64,000 bases of DNA from Torpedo marmorata (GCA_977017645.1 OZ360234.1:71920001-71984000), one strand, 5' to 3'; positions 36,233 to 49,822 are shown, numbered from the stretch's first letter. The notes: a model not told the origin generated them from the letters alone. Made by a program: numbers and translations.

Positions 36233-38424
36233 ATAATCATATACATACGTAAAATATAATATAAAATAAATATGCATAAATATTCTGGAATAATTTACTC
36301 AGTTTAATTTATCAGAGACCCAAGATTATAGGATACTGATCATCAATCTCAGAGCCTGCGGGAAGAAGCTATTGCCCAGCCTGGCAGTTATGATTTTGAT
36401 GCTCCTGTACCTCCTTCCTGATGGTAGTGGGTCATAAATGCTGTGTGCTGGATGGCCAGGATCCTTGATAATTCCTATTGATAATTAATTGATAAGCCCT
36501 ATTTAAGTACTGTTTTTTTCTGCTCAGATCAGGTGATTTGGGCTGGGCCCTTTGCAGCCCAGGTCTTTTCCTTATCTACTTCAATGCTGAACACATTTTT
36601 ACCTGAGTTGTTCTTTTGTCTCATCATTTGGTGCTGGATGGTTTCATCAGTTTAAAATATAGAGTGTATTTGAGTTCAATCACTCACCTGTCTCTGCCTC
36701 CCAGCTCCACTCCTCCCTACCTGCCCCCCCTCTGTCCATCATCCTTTACCCTTCCTTAGTCCTACTTGCCCATCTAAGCACCCCACCCCCCTCCCCAACT
36801 TTATACTGGCTATCTTCCCTCTCCATATTCAGTCTTCAGGGTCTCAAACCGAAAATTCGACTCTCCTTATCTCTCAACAGATGCTGCCTGACCCGTCGAG
36901 TTCCTCCAGCAACTCGTGTTCATTTTGCTCTCTATCAGTAACATCAGCCTTCAGCTGTTGGAAACAGCACAAAAGAAAGTTTGAATGGGAAGATCTTATT
37001 TATTTATCTTTTAATTTATTATCCCTTTTTCTGCATCATGACATATCGCAGTAATGTAATTTACACAAAAGTGCTGGGGAAACTCAACAAGTCACGCAGA
37101 GTTCTTTATTTAGAAAAGATAAAGATGCACAACCAACATTTCAGGCCTGAGCCCTTTGTCAAAATATGAGCAAAATCAGGCAGGCGCCTGAATAAAATGG
37201 TGAGGGGAGGGGCAGGGGGAGGAGCACAGGCCCACAGGCAAAAGGTCATAGGTGAATATGGGTGGGAGGGCACAAAAGAAAAAAGCTGGAAATGATAGGG
37301 GGAGGGGATAGCAATGTAATATCCACTATTGTAGTTGCTGTATCTTACGTACCTGTGTGGCTACAAGAAGTAAGAATTTCAGTGCATCTGTACATTGTAC
37401 TTGTGCATATGACAATAAACCCTCATGTTAATATTCATTCTGAATGACAGCCCAAGTTTTCTGAGTTATGTGGCCAAATGCTTCTCCTGTTTTTTATGCT
37501 TCTTAATGGAAGCAAAGTCTCCTCAATGTTTTATATGGACGTGATTTAATGTGCACAGACCAGACTTGACTGTGACACTGACCTTGGTCCTATCTGACAC
37601 TGTAAAAAGGCATGGGTGGTTCTGAAACACGCAACAATCAAGTGTGTGACATCGAGCAAAGTATTCCCAACAACCCTACTTCTGGCTCCTTCCTGAATCA
37701 AAATTAATTTACTGGAATGAAGTGGATTTGTATATCAATAATCAATTGCCTAAAGTCATTGATATAACCCAATTCAAATAGGAGTCAAGGGCATTAATAA
37801 GAAGGGCTCAGGCCCGAAACGTCGGTTATACATCTTTACCTCCTCTGGACGCTGCGAGACCTGCTGAGTTCCTCCAGCATTTCTGGGTTTTTACTATAAT
37901 CATAGCCTCTGCAGACTTTTGTGTTTCACTAAATGTATTTTCTGGCAAGTTTTAATCCCATAGTTTAACATGGAATAAGGATTGTGGGATGTACGCCAAG
38001 CAATGATTTGCAATGTCATGAAACAAACAGTCCAAGTTACTCTACCACTTGATTGCACTGGTTATAGAGCCACAGAGTTTTCCAGCATGCAAACTTCCAG
38101 CTTCAGCCCAATTGGGCCATGCCGACTAAATTGTCTACCCAAGCTGGTCCATTTAGCCGGTTCGACCCTTATCCCTCTCAGCCTTTTCCATCCAGGTACA
38201 TATCTAAATATCTTTACAAAGGTCAGGTTGATTGAAAATTGGAGCAAGTAAATTTTTGCAGAGATGGAACCAAACTGACTGATGATATTCTAAGGGCTTT
38301 TAAAGCACTATTTCCTGATTGCACCCAAAATGTTACTTTTACCTCATCATCTGTTGCCTATTCCTTGGGAGGTTGGAGAAGCTGGGAGCCTTCGCACTAC
38401 TTTGAGGTGCATAAGAGTGCCATT

Positions 38425-38825
38425 CGTCAGCACAATATTGGAGCAGAAGTAGACCATTCAGCCTGTCGAGTCCGCTCTGCCATTCCATCATGAGCTAATC
38501 AATTCTCCCACTCAGCCCCACTCCTCTGCCTTCTCCCCATCACCTTTGATACCCTAACTATTCAGATGCCTATCAATCCCTGCATCAAACACACCCAATG
38601 ACCTGGCCTCCACATCGCCCATGGTAGCAAATTTCAGAGGTTCACTACTTTCTGACTAAAGAAATTCCTCTGCATCTCTGTTTTAAATGGGCGTCCTTCA
38701 ATCCTGAAGGTATGTCCGCTTGTCCTAGACTCCCCTACCATGGGAAACAACTTTGCCACATCTACACTGTCCAGATATTTCAACATTCAAAATGCTTCTA
38801 TGAAGTCCCCCCTTTTTCTTCTGAA
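38425..38825 (-). mobile_element. CR1-like LINE 3' fragment
   Basis: Homologous by eye to 21950-22330 and 54165-54560. Confidence 0.85.
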
Positions 38826-41273
38826 CTCTTGAACTGACTGCGTGCAATCCTAGAATTCAGTCAACAGAGATTTTTACCATTTGGGATTACTGATTAGTTC
38901 TGAGTCTTGTTAAATTCCCTCCAAGTGTTACTTTTCATTATTTAAATCCATGTAGTGTCAGCTTCTAGCCAGGGGCGTAATGGACCCTGACTATTGTGTT
39001 CTCCAGCCTAAAGCAAATATTTCCTCCAAGCATTTTCTATCACTACTTTGTGAAGGGTAGTTTTCCCAACAGAAATCAAAGGGAGTGATCCATGTTGTCC
39101 ATGTTTTCAGCACAACCACCTCAGCACAACTATGCTGTTATTAAATGATCCTCAACACATCATTTACCATAATCTTGTGATAAATTGCCTTGAAGAATAA
39201 TTTCAGCACTTTCAGAGATCATAATGTGCAATGACTTGCCTTAAAAATCATTAAGCTTCTTAATATATTAAATTATTGCTTGCCTGTGCAGTAATTGTGT
39301 AAAATCAACTGTTATGGCTGCTGCTATAATGTTAAGAAATTCCTCAGAGAGACAGTGTCGTCAGCTAAATTAAACGTATCATCGCGAAATTACAACCAAT
39401 TAAATTTAGTGAAACCAATTAAAGTGGTCAGAATTTATTTGATCGATTACTCTGATTTAAAACCATTCTAATTCACTTTGGACCTTTTTTACTTTCTCCT
39501 ATTGCTGGTGGGGTGGACCCATATTCACCAGGCCTTACTGACGCTGAACCTGGTCTCCGAATCTGGAAGGAAGATATTAATCAAAAACCATCACCCTGGG
39601 GGACAGGTGTAATTCATTTGCTGAAATTTGGGGGTCTCCAAAATTCACACTCGTATGTTTTGTTCCAAAGTCCCACTGAAGCACCATCGTTCTTTGAGCA
39701 GACTAAGGTAGTTCCACATTCTTGTGTTTGATCAAACCCTTTGCACAATACTTCTATTTGTAGAATGTATTTTAACATAGCAATAATGTCCCAAGGAAAT
39801 TCATGGTAACATTAGTAAACCAAAAAATAAATGACCTCGGGTCCTCCTACATATAGCTAATTACATGTTCTCGAAATGTGGTCGCAATGTTAGTGCTGAA
39901 AATATGGCAGGACAATTAAACTTGCACAAATAGACCAGATAATGTGTCTCCAATGATGAAAACCAACGATACAAATGTTGAATCAGAATTTATTGTCATG
40001 AAAATGTCATGAAATTTGTTGCTTTGCAGCAGCATTACAGATGCAAATATTGCTATAAAATTACATTTAAATATAAATAAATTAGTGCAAAAATGAGAGA
40101 AAGTGAGGTAGTGTCTGTGGAAATCTGATGGCAGAGGGGAAGAAGCTGTCCTTGTGGCGTCATTGGGTCAACCAGCATAGAACAGGCCCTTCGGCCCAAC
40201 TCAACCATGCTGACCAAGTTGGCATTCTGAAGTAGTCTTATTTGCCTGCATTTGGCCCCTTCTTATACAATTCATAAATCTTTCCAAATGTCTTCCGAAA
40301 ACTGTAATTGTGCCCACTTCTCCAGTTTCCTCTGGCAGCTCGTTCCAGATATGGACCACCCTCTGAGTGATAGGAACTTTAGTTGAAACACTCTATGCCA
40401 CCTTTGAAAGATTGCTGTGACATTTGTAACCCCTACTCCCCTCTGAGAGGGGAGGCGAGGCCTTGGCTTAGCATCTCACGCTCGTCTGCTGCTTAAATTT
40501 CAATCCATTCTGGACCCTATGCTCATGTCACAAGTTAGATTGTAATGTTACAAATGTGTTTAAAAGGGATGCCAGATATTGTCTTTGATACACTCATGGA
40601 ATCATACATGAGATTTTGGCATAGTGCATGTTGCCAATAAAACCGCTTCCTTGTGTAATGAGGTTGGAAGCTTCCAAGAGTTGTTGAGAGAGCTGTCTGA
40701 TGAGGCAGGACTAGATGGACATTCAAACTCAAGGATATAGACCTTGTACAGGTAAATTTAAAATACGATCATGTTTGGTACAGATATCGTTGGTCAGAGG
40801 GCCTGTTCTGTGTACTATGTATGCTCTCTTTGTTCCATGTAACACTGTGCTTCTGGTCACCAAGTACCATGCACCCAACTGGACCAGCTACATGCGTGAA
40901 AGCAACATATCCTCTGTGACTCACCCCCAACTCCACAAGGTCATTTTACCATTTACAGGGTATAAACTATGGGTGTGATGGAATCCTCTGCATGTTCCTG
41001 GATGAGTGCAGACCCAATAATACTCAGAAGTTCAACCTCCAAGATAACGCAGGGCACTTGGCTGGTATGCCACCCACAACCATAAGCAATGGTTCCCTCT
41101 ATCACTGGAGATGATTGCTGCAGTGCGTACCATCCACAGAATTCACTGTTGTTACACATCACACAGAGGATGGTGGGTACAGGGAATGAGCTGCCAGAGG
41201 AAGTGGTAGAAGTGGGACAACTGTAACATTCAAAAGGCATTTAGATATTTACATAGACAGGAAAAGTTTAGAG

Positions 41274-41498
41274 CAGCCATTCTCAATGGGGGCCACACAA
41301 CACCCCTGGGGGACATGGTATATTTAAGGGGGAGAGGGCCATGGAATGAAATCATAAAATATTTTTTGTTTTTTATGTAGTCGGTAGGAGAGAATTATGG
41401 AAGAAACCAACTAAACGTGACTGCTTCACAGGTAAGGAGGCCATAAACTTTGAGCAAAGTCTTAAGGAGGCCATAGCCAAAAAGGTTGAGAATGGCTT
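41274..41498. mobile_element. hAT MITE nested in a CR1 3' fragment (~41155-41600)
   Basis: CAGCCATTCTCAA...TTGAGAATGGCTT; perfect 8-bp TSD GTTTAGAG (41266-41273, 41499-41506). Confidence 0.88.
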
Positions 41499-41859
41499 GT
41501 TTAGAGGGTTATGGGCTAAATTCAGGCAAATGGAACAAACTTGGTCGGTATGGACAAGTTGGGCTGAAGGGCCTGTTTCTATGCTGTGGAGAACTTTATG
41601 ATTCCATTATTCAGATAGCATCTCCCAAACCCACCACTTCTATCACCAAGTAGGGTAATGTAATGGGAACAGCACCAGCTTCAAGCTGCTTTGGAATTAT
41701 ATCCCCGTCCCTTCAGTGGCACTGGGTTTAAATCCTTAGGGTATTTATGCCCTTTTTTCACCATGGGAGAGCTTTCACCACAGAAGCCCTCAGTGATCCA
41801 AGAGGACCGTTTAATGCCACTTCTCGAGGTCCGTTAGGGAATAAATGAAAACCTTGCTA

Positions 41860-42640
41860 ATGAAGTTCAAATTCATTATCATCTGTACATATACAACCAG
41901 ACGAAAGAGCATTTCTCCGGACCCCGGTGCACACACGTACATACAGAATGCACAGTAAATAATAATCACATATATACATAAAGATATAAAGTAAATGTAT
42001 ATAAATATTTTGGAATGATTTACTCGGTTACAGGATACCATTCATCAATCTTACAGACTGTGGGAAGAAGCTATTTCCCAGTCTGGCAGTCCAGATTCTG
42101 ATGCTCCTATACCTTGTTCCTGATGGTAGTGGGTTAAAGATACTATGTGCTGGATGGAAAGGGTCTTCAATAATTATTTGAGCCCTATTTAAACAACATT
42201 CCTGTGAATGTCATCAATAGAGCAAAGGGAGACCCTAGTGATCTACTCGGCCATTTTAATGATCTTCTCTATTGACTTCTGGACTGACGCTTTGCAGCTA
42301 CTGTCCCACACAATGATACAGCCAGGCAGGACACTCTCAATTGTGCTTCTGTAAAATGTTGTCAAGATAGGTGCCGGTAGCCTTGCCCTCCTCAACCTCC
42401 TTTGGATGTGCAACCTCCTAGCTATTGTGATTCCTCCTAACTAATGAGGAGGTGTTGTGGGTCCAGGATAGATCGTCCATTATATGCATGCCAAGGAACT
42501 TTGTGCTCTCAACTCTCTAGACAATGGAGCCATTGATGTGTAGTGGAGTGTGGTCGATCTTGGTCCTCCTGAAGTCTACAATCATCTCCTTTGTCTTGTC
42601 CACATTGAGACTCAAGTTGTTCTCACACCATTTGACATGA
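41860..42640 (-). mobile_element. Rex1-like LINE 3' fragment, further subfamily
   Basis: ORF remnant [23 protein letters not shown]; (TTGAAC)-type tail. Confidence 0.8.
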
Positions 42641-44569
42641 TTCATGAAGCCTACATCCTCTGAATGAGTTAAAAACGAAACCAGTACTGGTGTCAGCCTG
42701 GGGTTGGACGCACACATGTCAGGACATTCCATTCTAAGAAGGGTGACTGAAAATGGGAGCAATTGCACAGGTCCTCAGCTACCATGAAAGTCTGCAGGTG
42801 AACCTTGACTGGACTATCAGGCACATGTGTTGTGAAGGAACAGCTTTGTTGCTGACTACACATAACATTTTGTCAAGGAACAGCTGGTTTCTAACTCTGT
42901 CCTTGAACTGAGGCATGTCATTGAATTAACTTATATCCTCGCGTAAACAGTTTGAAAAGATTATCATGGAGAGAAAGAATCCTCTCCACAAAGCAGTAAA
43001 GATCTATTAGTGCTTTGTCAAAATTGAGTAAAGCAAGGCTTATCTTATCAAGCTTGGAAAAGATGAAATGTTTGTGACTGATTCACTGATTCTCTCCACA
43101 CAGAGGAATGAGTGATGGTGCAATGTCTGGGGAGACTGACTAGTAGCATCAAGAGCCTGAGCTCAGCTGATTGACAAGTTTATGACTATAATGAGCAGAA
43201 CTGGGAATTGAACAGAAGAGTGGAGTGCAGGGTCGGAACGGAACACCACAGACCGCTGCATGGAATTTCTGAACGTCTGTCTGAATGCAGCACTAGGAGA
43301 TGAGCTTCATCTCAGATGCGGTAACACCAAATTCCCAGCAACATCTGCTGCTCTTGGATCATTGGGCATTGTTAAGATTACCCTTCCATTGCAGGAGCCT
43401 GTCATCGTGAACGCCTGCCTGCGTTCCCCTTTTCTTTTCTGGTGTGAGATTCATCCCGAGTCTGCGGCTGTTAACAAGTTAAGCTGCTTCGCCGCAGGGG
43501 TTTTTCAACCACACCTGATTGTGACATCTGGAGACTGCTTCCAGTGTGTTGAAGGGAAAGGAAGTGATCTCATCAAAAGGACAGCATATTGGTGAGAACA
43601 GAAGTGCTGGATTCATGTTGTTGTAAGATAGAAGCAGGGAGGTTGTTTCCACTGGCAGATGAATAGAACTAGGGGACATAGCCTCATGATTCAGGGGAAT
43701 AGATTTAAGAAGGAAATGAGGAGTTGCTTCTCCCATAGAGTAGTGAATCTGTGGAATACTCTGCCCAATGAAGCTGTAGAGGCTGCCTCATTAGAGCAAA
43801 GAAACAGGCCCTTTGATCATCTAGTCTCTGCCAAACTATTATTCTGCCTAGTCCCACTGACCTGTACCCAGTCCATATCCCTCTATACCCCTCCCATCCA
43901 ACACAAGATCCTCAGTTCATCAGTCCCTGCAGTGGGAAGATGGGAGATATCTAGAATGTCCAGCAAACAGCAACTGATTTTAGATCGATTGATAACCTTT
44001 AATTCAAAGTTCAAAGTTCAGTTTATTGTCAGAGTACATACATGACATCACATACAACCCTGAGATTCTTTTTACTGCGGATGAGGCAGAATTACCATTT
44101 ATTGTCAAGACTGACAGATTTTTATTAATGATGGATATTAAGAAAATGGGGTAAGGCAAGAGTATAGGAAAAGAACAGAACTGTCTCAAGGGGCTGAATA
44201 GCCTCCCCTGTCCCTGTGTTCAATAAACTGCAGTATTTTCACCAGGACTTGGTTGAAAGTACTAAGCACAGGTGGCATAACCAAGGGCACCTCGGTGGCA
44301 CAGAGATGATCATCCGGCAGCCCACCAATCACCATCATTCCCAGTGACTTAATGACTTGAGTTGCAATCAACTCTCAGGTCCACAGACCTCCTCCGTGCT
44401 CCTGCAGTCTGTTATAGATTCCCAGAGGGAGGAAGACATCACAAACATAACATGATGAGGTAGCGAGCTTAATAAATGTAAAAAAAATTCAATATATTGT
44501 CAACAGACACAGTCTTTTAACACATTATTCATCCATAAATAGTATCAAGAATGAATCATAAATAATATA

Positions 44570-45005
44570 AACAAAGGAGTTAGCTTATGGGGAAGGATTG
44601 ACTCGCCTGGGACTCTACTGATTTTATATTAGAGAGATGGGGGGAACTTATAGAGATATAAAAATTATGAAAGGATAAAGCAGATCGAAGCAGAGAGGTT
44701 GTTTCCACAGGCAGGTGAGACTAGAAGGAGGGGGAAGAGTCTCAAGATTTAAGACAAAGATAAGGATGAAGTGCTTCTCCCAGAGAGTGGTGAATCTATG
44801 GAATTCTTTGCCCAAGGAGAGGCTGCCTCATTGAATGAACTTAAGACACAGATGGATAGAATTTTGAAGAAAAGGGGAATTAAGGATAATGGCGAACAGG
44901 TGGAGAAGTGGAGCTGAGTCCACGGCCAGATCAGCCATGACCTTATTGAATGGCGGGGCAGGCTCGACGGGCCTGATGGGCCGCCTCCTGCTCCTGTTTA
45001 TTATG
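44570..45005 (+). mobile_element. CR1-like LINE 3' fragment
   Basis: GAGAGTGGTGAATCTATGGAATTC core; 3'UTR shared with 18290-18420. Confidence 0.8.
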
Positions 45006-45669
45006 TATAAACTTGCAACCGTTTTTGGTGAAATCTAAGCACTGAAGTTAGTGCCTGCATCTGAATGAATTCCACAACAATGCTCTCATACTGCCCTTGA
45101 TTTATACTGATGGAGTTTCCTCATTGTAACTCCATTCACTGCAATTGTGCTCCTGTTCCACTCTGTACCGATGACTTTGTGTCAGAGTTGACCTGTCAGC
45201 CTGTTCGCAGAAGGGGCCTTCTCACTGTACCAGGTATATTGTAACAACTTAAAGTGGAGATACCAATTCCAGGAGAAATAAATAGAAATTGGTTCTTTAA
45301 CAGGAGAATGGCTAGAAAGAGGAACTCAGGCAAAAGGCAATATAGATGGAAATATAAGATGAATTTTCAGGAGGTATAGAAAGAAACGTGAGCTCCTGGA
45401 TTTAGACGAAGAGGGGTGTGGAGAGTGTACATGCTGAGAAGGTCCACTTAGGCCTTTTGCTATGATGTAAACTCAAGTGTATTCCCTCCCTCTGAGCCCA
45501 CACACTGACCTAGACTACCCAGGTCACAGGCTGACATTTTTCTAAGGTTGTGGGAGAGAAATTTGCAAAACATAGATGAAAATTACAATTGACATGTTTA
45601 GCTCAATGTATTTGCATGGTGTTCTTTTGGTTACAATTTTGTCACTATTCAAAACAATCAATTTAGTGC

Positions 45670-45876
45670 TGAAGGAATTAAACAAGAAAATCTGCAGTCG
45701 CTGTGATTGTTATTTACACAAAAATGCTGGAGAAATGCATCGTCATGCAGCATTCTTTATGTAGCAAAGGTACATAACCAATGATTCATCAATACCCGAA
45801 ACGTTATGTATCTTTATCTTTGCTTCATAAAGAATGCCGCGTGACCTGCTGAGTTTCTCTAGCATTTTTGTGTAAA
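45670..45876. mobile_element. Second inverted Penelope-derived hairpin insertion
   Basis: TTTACACAAAAATGCTGGAGAAA ... TTTCTCTAGCATTTTTGTGTAAA; flanking direct repeat AATCAATTTAG (45656-45666, 45877-45887). Confidence 0.75.
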
Positions 45877-46239
45877 AATCAATTTAGGGCCTTTGTTAAA
45901 GTGGGTGCTCAGAGCAATACCAAATATCTAACCTCCACACGCACACGGTTTTTCACACAAACTCTGGGATTTCCCGGGAAAAAGAATAAAGCATTTTTAA
46001 TCACAAAATTAACAAGATCAAGTTGAAAAGGCTGAACAGATTTGCACCATAACATAAACCTTTCCATAATTACCTGTGAAATTGGCATTTGAAAATGAGT
46101 CAAGATGATGTACCGTAATATAAAATTATTTTGTAATTTATGTAATGCAGCAACAATCAATTACTTCCTTTCCCGATAAGAGTTTTAAATGTAAATTGCA
46201 GGTAGTAAATTTAAAAATTAAATTGTTTTTAACTTTTTT

Positions 46240-46472
46240 TTAAATTAGACATACAGCATGGTAATAGGCCATTCTGGCCCACGAGCCCGTGCCGCCCAAT
46301 TACACCCAATTGACCTACAACCCCCGCAAGTTTTGAAGGGTGGGAGGAAACCGGAGCACCCAGAGGAAACCCATGCAGACACGAGGAAAACATACAAACT
46401 CCTTACAGACAGCGCCGAATTCGAACCCAGGTCATAGCGTTGCGCTAATCGCTACACTAACTATGCTGCCCT
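46240..46472 (-). mobile_element. V-SINE (HE1-like)
   Basis: Same family as 20112-20368. Confidence 0.85.
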
Positions 46473-46887
46473 AAAGTGGATTCAAGATTCAAAACCTACT
46501 ATGGCAGCTGTGGAAAATAAATTCAAGTAATTAAATAAATCTGGGATCTTAGTGGGCAAGACAATTACACTGACTGTGCGCTCTAGAGTCAGGAATGTTG
46601 GGGGACTAGAGTGTGGGCTGGGGGTGCAGCTGAGAGGTTGTTGTATCCACAGAGGGATTGGCCACCTTGTGTCATTGGCAGCAGCATTAGTAGTATCTGT
46701 GTTTCTCTGTTATCTGCAAAAAGTTGTTAAACCTATCTTTTGCAAATAATGAAGACTTAGTGCAAAAGTGAAAATGTGTTCAGTTTTATTTTATTTATTT
46801 TCATTAAAAGGATTTGTTTAAAAGGATTAGGCACTCTGCGAATCAGTGTGGAAATGGCAAAAACACACACACACAGTCACACACAAT

Positions 46888-48325
46888 CATCAGAATCAGA
46901 ATCAGAATTTATTTCATGAACATGTCATGAAATTCGGTGTTTTGCAGCAGCATCATAGTGCAAACATTCATATTATAACCATCTTAAGATATTACTATAA
47001 AAAGTATAAATAATAGTGCACGAAAAGACAGAGTCTTTGGTTCATTGATTATTCAGGAATCTGATGGCAGCGGGGAAGAAGCTGTCCTTGTGCCGTTGAG
47101 TGCTCGACTTTAGGCTCCTGTACCTTTTTCCTGATGGTAGCAAATTGAAGAGGGCATGGTCTAGGTGGTGGGGGTCTTTGAGGACAGAGGCTGCTTTTTT
47201 AAGACACCGCCTCGTGTTGATGTCCTCGATGGAGAATCTCCTCAGACACCTCACAAAGTATAGCCGCTGGCGAGCCTTCTTTGTGATTGCATCAACGTGG
47301 AGTCTCCAGGACAGATCATCGGAGATGTTGACACCCAGGAATTTGAAGTTCTTGACCCTCTCCACTACTGAGCCCTTGATGAAGACTGGGTCGTGTTCCC
47401 CTGACTTCCTCCTGAAGTCCACAATCATCTCCTTGGTTTTGCTGACGTTGAGCGCAAGGTTGTTGTCATAACACCATTCAATGAGCTGATCTATCTCCCT
47501 CCTGTACGCTTCCTCATTGCCGTTTGTGATTCTGCCGACAACTGTGGTGTCATCAGCAAACTTGTAGATGGCATGGGAATTGTGCCTGGCCACACAGTCA
47601 TGGGTGTACAATGAGTAGAGCAGTGGGCTAAGCACGCATCCTTGGGGTGCACCTGTGTTGATAATCAGTGAGGAGGAGACATTGTTTCCAATTTGTACTG
47701 ACTGGGCTTCCGATGAGAAAGTCAAAGATCCAGTTGCAGAGGTGGGTTCAGAGGCCTAGAGTTTGTAGCTTCTTGACCAGCACTGAGATAATAATGTATT
47801 GAAGGCCGAGCTGTAGTCGATGAAGAGCAGCCGTATGTATGAATTGCTGTTTTTGAGGTGATCCAGAGCTGAGTGGAGAGCCAGCGATATTATATCTGCT
47901 GTGGAGCGATTGTGATGATAGGCGAATTGCAGTGGGTCCAGATCTTTGCTTAGGTACGTGTTAATTCTTGCCATGACCAGCCTCTCAAAGCATTTCATCA
48001 CAGAAGAAGTTAGTGCTACTGGGCGGTAGTCGTTGAGGCAGCTCACACTACTTTTCTTGGGTACCGGGATGATTGATGCCCTTTTGAAGCAGGTGGGAAC
48101 CTCTGACTGCCGCAATGAAGAGGTTGAAAATGCCCATAAACACTCTGGCTAGTTGGTTGGCGCAGATTTTCTGTACCCTGCCAGGTACGCTGTCAGGGCC
48201 TGACGCCTTGCGAGGGTTCACCCTCTTGAATGATGTTCTGACGTCGCCCTCAGAGACAGATATCACAGGGTCCTCAGCCTTTTCAGGGATTCTCGTAGGC
48301 ACTGTTTGGTTCTTCTTCTCAAACT
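46888..48325 (-). mobile_element. 5'-truncated Rex1/Babar-like LINE, RT domain with frameshifts and an internal deletion
   Basis: ORFs 48048..48338, 47756..48115 ([20 protein letters not shown]...LDPLQFAY...[11 protein letters not shown]) and 47042..47725 (KFADD); (ATTCTG)n tail. Confidence 0.92.
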
Positions 48326-48466
48326 TCTTCTCACACACTACAAATCATTCACTAATTTCCTGCTCATTCAAACTGATGTGAAGTAAAAACAGACATTCCC
48401 TCCCATTACGCTGACCACAGCACACGTTTTCCAGACAGCATATAAACATTTGTGCATGCACATGAG

Positions 48467-48503
<37 letters not shown>

Positions 48504-49143
48504 CAAGCTATGATTGCTTGACTTATTTTAATGAGATTTAACATCTCTTGGTGGAAAGCATTTCTCAAGTTTATATGTTTTTCACACAATTCCAGGAAAG
48601 AAGTAGTGGAAAGCACTGCAGGATTTTAAATAGTTTAAGGGATGACTGGATATTCTATTTCATCTCAGCCCTAATTTACACTTAAAAAGATTACCCTATG
48701 GTTGTTACACTTGCTATGAAACATCTTAAAACTGCATATGGAAGGGGTCATGACTAGGTGTACATTTTTAATGCTAGAACACCTCAAGGCTACAGTCTGC
48801 TGTCATTATCTATTTTAATCTCTTTGGTATGATTAATATTTTCCAGAATAATACTTACACTTGAAAGTTCCTCTGTAAATATAAGCAAATTTAGATCTGC
48901 AACTTCAAAGTAGATGCATCAAGAGACTATACACTCGTACCATGTGTTTGATATATTCCATACTTCGTGAATGATGGTTCTGAATGTAATTTTGCATTGT
49001 GCAAACATATCCCCAGTGAGATATCACATATCTATCAAACCTGCCTTTGGAAAGTAAAATCTGGTATGTTACAAGGTAAATGCTCGAAGGAGATTCTTTG
49101 GGCTAAAAACTTAAATGGAAGGAGATTTAAGCAGGGGCAAATT

Positions 49144-49822
49144 AGGCGGCACAGTTAGTGTAGCGGTTAGCGCAACACTATTACAGCACCAGCGCTCCTG
49201 ATTTGAATCCGCCGCTGTCTGTAAGGAGTTTGTACTTTCTCCCCGTGTCTGTGTGGGATTTCCCCGGGAGCTCCGGTTTCCTCCTACCCTCCAAAATATA
49301 AGGGTTTGCAGTTTAATTTGAGTGAACTGACTGGTATGGAGGTGCAAATACACAGGACAGGAAAAGACTACAGAGAGTTGTGAACTCGGCCAGCACAATC
49401 ATGGGCATCAGTCTTCACTCCATCGAGGACATCTACAAGAGTCAGTGTCATAAGAGAGCAGCCTCTATCCTCAAGGACCTTCACCAGCCAGGCCATGCCC
49501 TCTTCACAGTGCTATCAGGAAGGAGGAACAGGAGCCTGAAGACGAGCACCCAATTGCTCAAGGACAGATTCTTCCCCTCTGCCATCAGATTTCTGAATGG
49601 ACAATGAACATAGACACTACCTCACTTTCTCCTCTTTTGGCACTAATTTACTTATTTTTAATTGAAATTTATTGCAATATTTGCACCTGTGATGCTGCCG
49701 CAAAACATCGAATTTTATGACATGTTCATGACAATAAATTCTGATTCTGATTCTGAAATTGGATGGTACAGGTTTGGATGGTACAGGTTTAAATGGCTAG
49801 AATCGGCTTCTACCATGCTGTC
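49144..49822 (+). mobile_element. V-SINE interrupted by a Rex1-like 3' fragment (~49327-49755)
   Basis: SINE head and V-domain at 49144-49325; LINE ORF remnant SLHSIEDIYK with ATTCTG tail; the SINE 3' part resumes at ~49757. Confidence 0.8.

Noticed and set aside
36603-36633. Possible small upstream AFF2 exon (…GAACAACTCAG|GTAAAA)
   Set aside because: Poor polypyrimidine tract and no recognisable AFF homology.
46888-48325. Possible active reverse transcriptase gene
   Set aside because: 5'-truncated, frameshifted and internally deleted; no endonuclease domain.
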